Positions 1 to 14,974 of a DNA stretch of 64,000 bases are shown piece by piece. Every line of letters begins with the position of its first letter. Position 1 is the stretch's first letter. Source of the DNA: Macrostomum lignano (lineage: Eukaryota); NCBI GenBank assembly GCA_002269645.1, contig NIVC01000449.1, positions 62,001-126,000 on the forward strand. The letters run 5' to 3'. Under the pieces are notes generated by a model that ran no database searches, was not told where the DNA came from, and saw only the letters and a program-made list of their open reading frames with translations. The translations under genes and the position numbers were made by a program.

Positions 1-57
1 GGAGAGAGATGGGGAGAGAGATGGGAGAGAGATGGGGAGAGAGATGGGGAGAGAGAT
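1..57. repeat. 13-mer GGAGAGAGATGGG array (runs off window start)
   Basis: Direct reading. Confidence 0.85.
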
Positions 58-641
58 GTGAAGAAACAAGAAGATAAGGGTGAGAAGGGACAGAAACAAA
101 AAGGCAGAGAACAGGGTGGAAAGAGATTCAGTGGGCACAGATAAGGAGAAGGAGATTTAATAAAAGAGTGGCAGACCGAACAGCATTCAGTAGATGGCAG
201 TGAAGCAGTCAATATAATCTGGTCAGCCAAAGTCGTTGGGTCTCATTGGGCAGCCAACTGCCTTCAGATTGGGTGCTCCAAAAATAGGCAAACGTGAGTT
301 GGTGCAGATTGAGGGCCGGCCGCGGAGCTGAGGGCCTCTCACACGAGGCTGATAGAAAATCAGTTGGCCCAGTGCTGCCTGGGGTGCTGGAAACGGTAGC
401 TGGACCGGCTGCTTTGCTTGAGAGAAAAGTTCTCCACAAATTGCCCGGCTGTTCTCCTAGAGGGAAGGAACTGTTCTGGTCGAAATTGAGCTCACAGTGT
501 GTGCGCTCCCTGTGAACTATTGGATTTCAGGAAAGTGGCCGGTCTTTGCTAACCAGCCTGGGGTGGCCAATGCGACATTGAACTGGAAGCTGGAGTGCCA
601 AGTCTTGGCTCAAAAACTCATTTTCAGGCATTATAGGACTC

Positions 642-674
<33 letters not shown>

Positions 675-1410
675 TAGATAGCGAGAAAGAGCGAGCGAAG
701 CGAGCTCTTTCGAGCTTGCTTGTCGCAGCCAATCAAGCTGAATGCACGCACACAAGATCACCGGAAACGATTAAGGCAGCTGGAAAGCCAATGGGCGCGG
801 TAAGCGCTTTTATCCAGAGGAACTACCTGCTGGAACCAGCTATGCCGAACGAAAATCAGACTACTCAAGTAGTGCAAAAGAGTGCGAGCAACTACCGAGA
901 AATCTAATTTTCGTAACCGCTCCGGTGCAGGTCCTGGCAATAGATGGTAGATAGCGAGAAAGAGCGAGCGAAGCGAGCTCTTTCGAGCTTGCATGCCGCA
1001 GCCAATCAAGCTGAATGCACGCACACAAGATCACCGGAAACGATTAAGGCAGCTGGAAAGCCAATGGGCGCGGTAAGCGCTTTTATCCAGAGGAACTACC
1101 TGCTGGAACCAGCTATGCCGAACGAAAATCAGACTACTCAAGTAGTGCAAAAGAGTGCGAGCAACTACCGAGAAATCTAATTTTCGTAACCGCTCCGGTG
1201 CAGGTCCTGGCAATAGATGGTAGATAGCGAGAAAGAGCGAGCGAAGCGAGCTCTTTCGAGCTTGCATGCCGCAGCCAATCAAGCTGAATGCACGCACACA
1301 AGATCACCGGAAACGATTAAGGCAGCTGGAAAGCCAATGGGCGCGGTAAGCGCTTTTATCCAGAGGAACTACCTGCTGGAACCAGCTATGCCGAACGAAA
1401 ATCAGACTAC
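675..1410. repeat. 273-bp tandem unit x ~2.7, flanked by (GATA)n
   Basis: Units start at 675, 948 and 1221; near-identical; (GATA)n at ~642-674 and ~1425-1460. Confidence 0.95.
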
Positions 1411-1425
1411 TCAGACTACTCAGAC

Positions 1426-1461
<36 letters not shown>

Positions 1462-1819
1462 CAGTTCAGCCACAGGCCATATTGGTTTGGTTTCAGTCCC
1501 CTTGAAATCTGGGCTACTGATAACATTGGGTCAGAAAAAAGTGACAGGTGATATTGATTTACTATCTGAGCAGGGCAGGCAGTGCAAGCGTACTTACCCA
1601 TACCTATTTCCCACCTGCTTGACAGACATATTGCCGGTCGGAGTTGGAGAACAGGTCACGAGATTTTCATTGCATATTGAGTTGAAATGGAGACCTGTCA
1701 TGTAAGTGTGGACAACCCCATGTTGAAGTGGGCGTCCAGTTGATCAACTGAACAATTTTTTCTGACTGTGGACACCCTTATCTTCATATGGATACCTTTT
1801 TCCAATGGACGCCCCTACA

Positions 1820-2150
1820 CTATAGTGGACACCCCAGTCCTCTGGTGGACACCTTAGTCCTATAGTGGACATTCAGTACTATAGTGGACACCCTAATCCT
1901 ATAGTGGACACCCAATCCTATAGTGGACACCGCAGTCCTGTGGTGGACACCTTAGTCCTATAGTGGACACCCAATCCTATAGTGGACACCGCAGTCCTGT
2001 GGTGGACACCTTAGTCCTATAGTGGACATTCAGTACTATAGTGGACACCCCAGTCCTATAGTGGACACCCCATGAGTCCAATTATGGACACCCCAGTCCT
2101 ATAGTGTACACCCAAGTTCTACAATGGACACCCCATTACTATAGAGGACA
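1820..2150. repeat. Degenerate ~19-20-mer (TATAGTGGACACC core)
   Basis: Direct reading. Confidence 0.85.
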
Positions 2151-2719
2151 GTTCAGTCCTATTCTGTAGAACACCCCGATGTTGAGGCGGACATTGCCCA
2201 GTTCTCATTTGGACACCTCAGCTTCAAGTGGACATCCCTGTTTATTAATTATAATCCTAGTCTTACAGTAAACACTTTTCTCTGTCCTTGGGATGGACAG
2301 GACACCCCAGTGATCAAGCAGACACCCCAAATGTGACATCCCATTTGGTATCGGATTTTCCCGTCGAAGCCTTCCCTTCGGGGGCGTCACTGAGGCTCGG
2401 TTTTTTATCTTCTTAAGTCCCTCTCTCTGCTCAGCGTTTAATCCCGGAGGCTTATGGGTGAGAATTCAGTTCGCCTATGGAATTGTCGATGATATTCGAC
2501 CTGCCCGGCAACTCCAGCTTCGTCCCCCCCCCCCAATGCTCTCTTTTGGCTTAAATATATCAATTTCTATTCTTTATTATGCGGCTGCCGAATCGGACAG
2601 AATGTATGGCCCATCATTTATTGCCATAAATTTCCCATATTTAGGAATGGAGCGAGAGTCAGCCTGGCCTGGAGTCGTAGTTTTGTCAGTTAATGCGATG
2701 GGGAAAGATGACAGGGGAA

Positions 2720-2794
2720 CTGAGAGAGTGAGTGAGAGAGAGTGAGAGTGAGAGAGAGTGAGAGTGAGAGAGAGAGGGAAGGAGAGATGGTAAA

Positions 2795-2848
<54 letters not shown>

Positions 2849-2849
2849 T

Positions 2850-2941
<92 letters not shown>

Positions 2942-2948
2942 GAGAGAG

Positions 2949-2993
<45 letters not shown>

Positions 2994-3239
2994 AGAGAGA
3001 GAGAGAGGGAGGGAGAGAGAGAGAGAGAGGAGGGCGCCTCCAATCTCAGGCACGGACGCGGTACATGTAAAAAGGACAAACAAGTCAAGATGATTTAAGT
3101 TGCCGATATTTCGAATTAGGTAAATTCTTCGTCAGGGCAAGTGAAAAGTAGCGACAAGTGGTGTTGTAAAAGTTATTAAATAGGCGTAAGAGTGTGAGAG
3201 AGAGAGTGAGAGAGAGAGGGAAGGAGAGATGGTAAAAGA

Positions 3240-3297
<58 letters not shown>

Positions 3298-3368
3298 AGG
3301 AGAGATGGTAAAAGAGTGTGAGAGAGAGAGAGAGAGAGTGAGAGAGAGAGGGAAGGAGAGATGGTAAA

Positions 3369-3433
<65 letters not shown>

Positions 3434-3760
3434 AGGAGAGATGATAAAAGAATGTGAGAGAGAGAGTGAGAGAGAGGGAAGGAGAGATGGTAAAAGAGTG
3501 AGAGAGAGAGAGAGTGAGAGAGAGGGAAGGAGAGATGGTAAAAGAGTGTGAGAGAGAGAGAGAGTGAGAGAGAGTGAGAGAGAGAGTGAGAGAGAGTGAG
3601 AGAGAGAGAGAGAGTGTGTGAGAGAGAGAGAGTGAGAGAGAGAGGGAAGGAGAGATGGTAAAAGAGTGTGTGAGAGAGAGTAAGAGAGAGAGTGAGAGAG
3701 AGTGAGAGAAAGAGAGTGAGATAAAAGAGAGAGAGAGAGATTGATGGAGAGAAGGAGAGA
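2720..3760. repeat. (AG)n microsatellite punctuated by GGGAAGGAGAGATGGTAAAAGAGTG
   Basis: Direct reading; unique ~150-bp interruption at 3040-3190. Confidence 0.9.
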
Positions 3761-3987
3761 CATAAGAGGGAGAGAGATACATTAGAAGAAGCGATGGAAG
3801 AGACCAGGCGGGGAAAGAAAAAGCGGAGCGAGATGAAGGGCCGAAAGATGTAGATTGGCAGCTGAGCGGACAAGGTATGCCTGAGAATCTCTAATTCCAC
3901 TTTAAACTTCAAAAAACTTATTATACTACTTACCTGGGCTCTAACTGTGAGTAGCAATTTCCTGATCTGCAGATAACTAAAAACCAG

Positions 3988-4390
3988 ACCCCGTCTGTGC
4001 CTCAACACCTGCAGCACCGATGCATCACAGGAACAGCAGGTGGAGCGCCAGAGTCAGCCACTGAAGACCGCCAAGCTGGCAGCATCTCTGGATGCCTGTC
4101 TCACCTGGCTCCGCGACGCCGGCGGTGCAGCGGCAGAGGCCGAGACCTGGCTGTCAGGCCTGACCCACTGGGACGATTTGCCCGGCTTGAGAAAAGTGCA
4201 AGCTCGATTCGAAGCTCTGCAGATCGGCCTGGAAGCTGAGGGAATTCGGTTGAAGGCTCTTCAAGATGAGGCTGCGGCTGCTGGAGGCTGCGGGAATGGC
4301 GCAGTCGCTTCTGCGGAGGTCAACGGGAAGGATTCCGCCGGCAAAGCGGATGTTGAGGAGGCTGAGGAGATCCGGGATCGGCTGGATGAG
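3988..4390 (+). CDS. Dys: Dystrophin-like rod exon (spectrin repeat); 5' boundary uncertain (3988, 4015 or 4031)
   Basis: ORF ...AASLDACLTWLRDA...LKALQDE...IRDRLDE; donor GAG|gtgaat at 4391, phase 0, joins in frame to 4771 giving the spectrin-like IRDRLDEASTEYRRLQQVF. Confidence 0.75.
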
Positions 4391-4454
4391 GTGAATCTTG
4401 CATTCTTAGAAATGGGATTCTTTCATGTTATTTAATGTGCGAGCAATACGATCC

Positions 4455-4750
4455 CAGTCAGTGTCAGTCAGTGTCAGTCAGTGCCAGTCAGTGTCAGTCA
4501 GTGTCAGATAGTGTCAGATAGTGTCAGATAGTGTCAGATAGTGTCAGATAGTGTCAGATAGTGTCAGATAGTGTCAGATAGTGTCAGATAGTGTCAGATA
4601 GTGTCAGATAGTGTCAGATAGTGTCAGATAGTGTCAGATAGTGTCAGATAGTGTCAGATAGTGTCAGATAGTGTCAGATAGTGTCAGATAGTGTCAGATA
4701 GTGTCAGATAGTGTCAGTCAGTGTCAGTCAGTGTCAGTCAGTGTCAGACG
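4455..4750. repeat. 10-mer GTGTCAGATA/GTGTCAGTCA array
   Basis: Direct reading. Confidence 0.95.
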
Positions 4751-4770
4751 GAATCCCTCATTCACCCCAG

Positions 4771-5063
4771 GCCAGCACTGAGTACCGTCGGCTGCAGCAG
4801 GTCTTCTCAGACCGTCAGCTCGCACTGGAGCACTCAGTGAGCCAGCTGGAGTCGCTACTCACCGACATCAACGACCTGACGGCGTGGACGCGAGCCCAGC
4901 TGGTGAGCTCGCCTCCAGCGGCGGCCTCTGACATGTCTGCTGAGCAGCGGCTGCAGCTGGCGGACATTGATGATGAAGCGTGGACTCAACGCACCGACTC
5001 AATGCAGCGGCTGAGAGAGCAGCTGGATCATGTGACCCAACGCGATTTGCGGGATCCTGCCAG
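4771..5063 (+). CDS. Dys: Dystrophin-like rod exon (spectrin repeat)
   Basis: ttcaccccag|GCC acceptor; ASTEYRRLQQVFSDRQLALEHSVSQLESLLTDINDLTAW; donor AG|gtgagt at 5064, phase 2. Confidence 0.8.
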
Positions 5064-5229
5064 GTGAGTGCCGAAACCCAAATCACAGAGGGTGCACAAT
5101 GTGTACACTGCCGATGAGCTAGTCGGGGCTGCTGTACCCCCTGTCTGAGCACGCGTGTTTTCGTCCGTACGTGCCGTGTGCGCGGAGTGAGCACAGCTGC
5201 CTGCCTCCTCTGCTGTTAATCTGTCCTCG

Positions 5230-5720
5230 CTTTAGAATCGCCCCTTTAAAATTGGCCCACATAATCGCTATCTAGAATCGCCTAAGGAACCACCCGTAAA
5301 AATCGCCACTAAGAAACAACCCTTTAGAATCACCCCTCAAGAATTGCCCCTTAAAATGGCCCTTTTAGAATAATCGCCCTTTTAGAATCACCTCTTTAGA
5401 ATCACCCCTAAAATCGTTATTTTAGAATCGCCGTAAAAAAGAGCTCTAAAAATCGCCCCTAAGAATCGCCCTTTTATAACCGCCTTTTAAGACTCACCCC
5501 TAAGAATCGCCCCTAAGAAATCGTCCCTAAGAATCGCCCCTAAGAAATCGTCCCTAAGAATCGCCCCTAAGAAATCGTCCCTAAGAATCGCCCCTAAGAA
5601 ATCGTCCCTAAGAATCGCCTTTTCAGAATCACCCCTTTAGAATCACCCTTTAAGAATCACCCTTTTAGAATCGCCCATTTAGAATTACCGCTAAGAAATC
5701 GCCCTTCAAAATCGACACTA
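5230..5720. repeat. Degenerate GAATCGCCCCTAA array
   Basis: Direct reading. Confidence 0.85.
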
Positions 5721-5824
5721 AGGGATCGCCATGAGAATTACCCATGAATCTATCCAGGTTAAATGTCAGTGACATGCATTCATTAGCATCCAGCTAATTC
5801 TATGTAAACTGCCTCAAACTTCAG

Positions 5825-6131
5825 CTGCTCAGGCACCCAGCAGCAGCATCCAAAGCGCCAGCTGAAATCCTCAGACGAGATGCGACGCCGTCTCAGCGAG
5901 CTGGAGCAAAACTGGCTCCAATTGATGGAGCTTCGAGCGGCTGTGTGCTCCGAGGAAGTGAAAGAAGTCCGTCAGCAGCAGGTGCAGCAGGAGAAGCATC
6001 AGCAGCAGCAGCAGAAACAGCGAGATGATCAGAAGCTGAAGCACCAGCCAGTAGCCGAGTGGTTAGAAAGGTCGCAGGCTTTTCTTACCAGTCAACGCGT
6101 CGTAATTGGTCGGATTTTCGACGGAGACGAC
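5825..6131 (+). CDS. Dys: Dystrophin-like rod exon (spectrin repeat)
   Basis: cttcag|C acceptor in phase 2 matches the upstream donor; MRRRLSELEQNWLQL...VAEWLERSQAFL; donor GAC|gtgagt at 6132, phase 0. Confidence 0.8.
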
Positions 6132-6219
6132 GTGAGTTTGTTGTTGGTGTCCTTGACGACTGTTTTTTGCGTCATTGACAACCGCTTTGGTCTTCATTTG
6201 GACAAACCCTTACATGTAG

Positions 6220-6475
6220 GCGTCTTTGACAACCTTTTAGGCGTCCTTGACGACCTTTTTAGGCGTCTTTGACAACCGCTTAGGAGGCGTCCTTGACGAC
6301 CTTTGAGGCATCCCTGATGACTTTTTAAGCGTCTTTGACAACCGCTTAGGAGGCGTCCTTGACGACCTTTGAGGCATCCCTGATGACTTTTTAGGCATAT
6401 TTGACAACCACTTAGGCGTCCTTGACGACCTTTGAGGCGTCCTTGACGACTTTTTAGGCGTCCTTGACAACCATT
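6220..6475. repeat. Degenerate AGGCGTCCTTGACGACC array
   Basis: Direct reading. Confidence 0.85.
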
Positions 6476-6790
6476 TTATAGTCTTTTATCAGAAGCAACA
6501 ATTATTTGACCGAATAAACCTCTCGGTGCCACTAGCAACTGTTTTTGGGAAATTTGAAAAAAATATTCTTTTATCTTTACTTACTTAAACGTTGCCAGTG
6601 ATTTGAGACTGAATACAAAGATATGCCATTGAAAATTACTTCAATTTTCATTTTTTGTGCGGCTACTACTAACAAAAGCCAATGAGTAGTGCAGTTCAGA
6701 ATTAGTAACTTCTTTTTGCTAAACTAGTAAATCCGAAATTCTATGAAATTGACTTACACGTCCTATTATTACTTTTCAATACTCCATCAG

Positions 6791-6959
6791 TCCGAGTTAT
6801 CCCAACAATCGGTGGGCAGTCTCGACAGCCTCTCGCCTGCCGAAGCTCTGGCTAAAGCGAAATCATTGCTGACTGAGCTGGACACCCGTCACAGGCAGAG
6901 TCTGCGCGAGGTGAAAGCAACGCTGAGACGGAAACCCGAGTCTGCTAATGCCGCCCTGG
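6791..6959 (+). CDS. Dys: Dystrophin-like rod exon
   Basis: ccatcag|TCC acceptor, phase 0; AEALAKAKSLLTELDTRHRQSLREVKATL; donor G|gtgaga at 6960, phase 1, matches the phase-1 acceptor at 29459. Confidence 0.75.
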
Positions 6960-6977
6960 GTGAGAGGGTGTGGCTGA

Positions 6978-7720
6978 ATGTTAGACAGGAGTGTCACCTG
7001 TTAGACAGGAGTGTGTCACCTGTTAGACAGGAGTGTGTCACCTGTTAGACAGGAGTGTGTCACCTGTTAGACAGAAGTGTGTCACCTGTTTGACAGAAGT
7101 GTGTCACCTGTTAGACAGAAGTGTGTCACCTGTTAGACAGAAGTGTGTCACCTGTTAGACAGGAGTGAGTCACCTGTTAGACAGGAGTGTGTCACCTGTT
7201 AGACAGGAGTGTGTCACCTGTTAGACAGAAGTGTGTCACCTGTTTGACAGGAGTGTGTCACCTGTTAGACAGGAGTGTGTCACCTGTTAGACAGGAGTGT
7301 GTCACCTGTTAGACAGGAGTGTGTCACCTGTTAGACAGGAGTGTGTCACCTGTTAGACAGGGGTGTGTGTCACCTGTTAGACACGATTAGTGTGTCACCT
7401 GTTAGACAGGAGTGTGTCACCTGTTAGACAAGAGTGTGTTACCTGTTAGACAGGAGTGTGTCACCTGTTAGACACGACGAGTGTGCTACCTGTTAGACAG
7501 GAGTGTGTCACCTGTTAGACAGGAGTGTGTCACCTGTTAGACAGGGGTGTGTGTCACCTGTTAGACACGATTAGTGTGTCACCTGTTAGACAGGAGTGTG
7601 TCACCTGTTAGACAGGAGTGTGTTACCTGTTAGACAGGAGTGTGTCACCTGTTAGACACGACGAGTGTGCTACCCGTTAGACAGAGAACAGTTACACCTG
7701 TTAGACACGAGTGTGTCATG
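6978..7720. repeat. 22-mer CACCTGTTAGACAGGAGTGTGT minisatellite
   Basis: Direct reading; starts ~18 nt after a donor site. Confidence 0.95.
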
Positions 7721-8359
7721 TGTTTGCACCTGAGTGTTCAGAAGTAACCAGTTCATTCAATTCAAGTGGAGAATCTGCATTTAAAGCTATAAGCCCCACA
7801 CAGTGGTACATTGTGCTTGCGACGCTGTTGTGTAGGTTGGAAATACTCTGTGTATTACTCTGTGAGGAAGCAAGAAGGGAAATTCTCCATTGACTTTTAA
7901 TCATAATCCACTGCACTGTTACCTTCTCGTTTGCTTTGAGAACCGCCCAGTGCGGTATTACACTTTGAGCAGGACTCCACCACGCAAAGGGCAAAGAGAA
8001 GGGCAAAGAAAATTTGATATGCAATTCTCGGGAGCTCTTGGACGCTTTGAGATATAGAAAAAAATTGGCTATGTACTTTTACTATCCGCTTCAACAGTGG
8101 GATGGTAACTAATCCAGTAATGCTGGGGAATTGGGGCTGCAACTTTCATCAGTTTGAGTCGACCCTGGGACCTATCCAGGCTGAGCACCCCAAGAGTAAT
8201 TTAGCCGAGTTCATTGGCATTCTCTGTCTCGCCTCCTCGTTTGAATCCTTTGGGAATACTTTTAAAGACTGATGAGGCTGTGAAGCTGCAAGCGAACTTT
8301 CTTTTAAATTTCTGCGGAATTTTTCAGATTCGTTGGCGCAGGCATTTCTGAAAGAGTTA

Positions 8360-11660
<3,301 letters not shown>

Positions 11661-12523
11661 GCCATTTCTACAGCCGGACCTCACCGTCACGCAAATTCAA
11701 ATCCCGAGTAGTTTTTTCAACATAAAAATTCACTCAATATTTTTCAGACGCACATCACGCGATACGCGAAATTGAATTTAAAAAATGAGCATTGACAAAT
11801 TGACAGAATTCGAGTTGCTGCTAATATTGAGCAGAATATTGAGCAGTTAAATATTGTCCAAGCAAGCATCGATGGGCAGCGCTCATCCTGTCAAAACTGA
11901 ACTCCTCTCTAAAACCATAATCGCTAAGATAACAAGACCGAAGCGGTGCCCGGAGAAAGAACATTACTTTAATATTGGACATCGTTGTGCAGCTTACTAT
12001 ATCAGGAGAGCCGAGCTCTGAGATGGATAATGCCTCAGGACTGGGATTTGCTCAACGATCAGCCCCCCCCCCGGATGAAAATGAAGGGGGAATTTCTGGG
12101 GAGATTTTCACTTTTGAGAACGGCTGCCGAGAGGCCGTTGGTAGCATTTCTAAACTTCTCGGCTGTCTCATCCTCTGAGCGGCGGGGGGAGATGAAGGAA
12201 TTAATGGCTGAACTGAGGAGCATGGGGGAGTCTCGCGCATAAAAACTGCAATCTGTCGTTCTGTTCCCTTTCTCGCTATGCATTCCATTATCCCCGCTCG
12301 GCCCAATCTCCACCGCGTGATCAGGCCATGCCGAGATCTGGGCCTGGCATTCATTCGATCATTTCCAATTTTCTAGGCAGATATGAATCTCGGGGTCCGA
12401 AGCTGAGGCTGCCGCTCTGGCCTGGTGCAGAGAGTGACTGAGACGGATTGGATCGTCACTTTCTTTTTGTACTTTTCCTTTTAGAGGCTCGACGCATGAT
12501 ACTTCAGCTTCTTTGGTTGGTTG

Positions 12524-13110
12524 TTTTCAAGGTCATGGAGTAAGGTGGGTGAAGTGTTAAGTGTGTGGAGATTTCCCGGTAGCCAGTTAATAAACTGAAT
12601 AGCGTGTACGCTGTTTTCAAGGTCACTGGAGTGAGGTTGGTGAAGTGTACAGTGTGTGGAGATTTCCCTTCAGCCTGTTAATGAACTGAATTGTCTGTAC
12701 ACTGTTTTCAAGGTCATGGAGTGAGGTGGGTAAAATGTACAGTGTGTGGAGATTTCACGGTAGCCTGTTAATGAACTGAATTGTCTGTACACTGTTTTCA
12801 AGGTCACGTGGAGTGAGGTGGGTAAAATGTACAGTGTGTGGAGATTTCACGGTAGCCTGTTAATGAACTGAATTGCATGCACTCTGTTTTCAAGGTCACG
12901 TGGAGTGAGGTGGGTAAAATGTACAGTGTGTGGAGATTTCTCGGTAGCCTGTTAATGAACAGAATTGCATGCACGCTGTTTTCAAGGTCATGCAGTGAGG
13001 TTGGTGAAGTGTACATTCAGTGGAGATTTCTACGCAGTCTGTAAATGTTATCAGGAAATTTGTGTACGCCGTTTTCAAGGTCGCGCGAGGTGAGGTGGTT
13101 GATTTTCAAG
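12524..13110. repeat. ~91-bp tandem array, ~6.5 copies
   Basis: TTTTCAAGGTC anchor at ~12524, 12614, 12705, 12795, 12887, 12979 and 13072. Confidence 0.9.
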
Positions 13111-13934
13111 GTCAAGGAAATAGGGTTGACGGGGTCTTCTCCTAAGCTCGTACATGACTTGAAGCACTGTACAATCAGCCAGTTAGGCTTCTGATGTACA
13201 TGCTGGGATGTGTTCAAAGATTTTCTAGACTGCTCTCAGCAGCGTCTGTTTGAACCAATCAGAATCCTTTTAACCGCCATCTAAAAGCCAAAAACTCAAC
13301 TGATGCATGAAAGAAACAGCCAGACAGACAAATTCTGTGTCCAGCTATCTTTGATACATTTTGGACTCAAGCATTAGTAGGTTTTCCTGCCCGCGATGTT
13401 AGCCTTTTATCCGTTTTAGCTTGCTGTCATTCTTTTGATAATTATATGCAATGTAAAAGCAAAAAACAGTAGAGAGGTTTCAGCAGAGCAGCAGTGGCGG
13501 GAATCTCAACAAGGTTCGATAATCGATAGACAGAATAATTTTCTTTTGCTTCTCAGAGCCGAGCCGGAGGGTAAGGGAGCTGATCCCTGTGTGTAGTTAA
13601 CCGATATAGTTTCTAGTTTTTTTGTATGAGCAGGGAAATGCTAGTAGAGCCTGTGGCCTGCCTACGCTATAAAGTGCGTGTCCAATCTAATATTATTGTT
13701 ACGATTTGCGGTGACGATTTTCGGCTTAGCTGCTAGTGCAATAGGAGTATGAGTCTAGCTGAGATCGCTAGATTGCTATAGTTTGCATCCAGAGTTATTT
13801 ACCAGTAGTTCAGGGATTGTAGGATTACCTATGAGACAATGATCTAAAAAAGTAGATAAGGCGCTTTATCAACATCTGGCTGGTCGACCACGATTTTTTC
13901 TTCCCTAGCATGCATGAGGGAAGAGAGACAAGAA

Positions 13935-14335
13935 GAGACTGGGAGGGACTGGGAGAGACTGGGAGAGACTGGGAGAGACTGGGAGAGACTGGGAGAGACT
14001 GGGAGAGACTGGGAGAGACTGGGAGAGACTGGGAGAGACTGGGAGAGACTGGGAGAGACTGGGAGAGACAGGGAGACACAGGGAGAGACTGGGAGACACA
14101 GGGAGAGACAGGGAGAGACTGGGAGAGACAGGGAGAGACAGGGAGAGACTGGGAGACACAGGGAGACACAGGGAGAGACTGGGAGAGACAGGGAGAGACT
14201 GGGAGAGACTGGGAGAGACTGGGAGACACAGGGAGAGACTGGGAGAGACTGGGAGAGACTGGGAGAGACTGGGAGACACAGGGAGAGACTGGGAGAGACT
14301 GGGAGAGACAGGGAGAGACTAGGAGACACCGGGAG
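13935..14335. repeat. 10-mer GGGAGAGACT array
   Basis: Direct reading. Confidence 0.95.
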
Positions 14336-14974
14336 ACAGACAGTCAGACAGTGTCACGCACACACAGTCAGCACATGCAGGCTCGGTCATCTACCCACAC
14401 CCATGATATCATAACTGGGTAAACTGATTTTCCAGAAGCTACTGAAATGAAGCGAGGGGGTTTAGAAGAGATGATGAGCGGAGAGGAGAAGAGGAGAGAG
14501 AGAGAGAGGGGGGGAACGAGAGAGGCTCCTAGGGAATCGCTGAAGCAGTGTGGTTGGGTCACTTGAAATCTGTGTGTACTCACTATATGCACAACAGCCT
14601 CTAAGCAACCTTCTTGGCTCTCCGGCTCTCTCATCTTCTTCACGTCTTTTTTGTTGCCAACAGGGCAAACTGTTTTTAACGAAAAAATATGCACGAACAG
14701 GCATATAGCACAAAGCATATATGCATATACACGCGAAACTTCCTATAGACCCGATGTCCAGCCACTTGTCGCAGCTGGGGTTAAACATGACACACTGCAG
14801 CTGGCAACTGGGACCGGCGTGGAGATTTCCAGATTCGTCTCCGCCTCCTCCAATCGCCGATCTGTCCCGCGAGCTTTAGTTGCTAGCCGAAAGCAGGAGG
14901 GAGGAAAGTTAAAAAGCAGCCCAAGGGCCCTCGCTCGGACAGTCTGTAACCGGACAAGTCGGACGGACACAAAA

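Noticed and set aside
11674-11710. Acceptor-like tttctacag after the TTAG array as an extra dystrophin exon
   Set aside because: The phase-1 frame hits TAG after 12 codons and there is no good donor.
13540-13840. Decayed minus-strand reading frame broken only by TAG stops
   Set aside because: May be a transposon remnant, but no family motif is recognisable.
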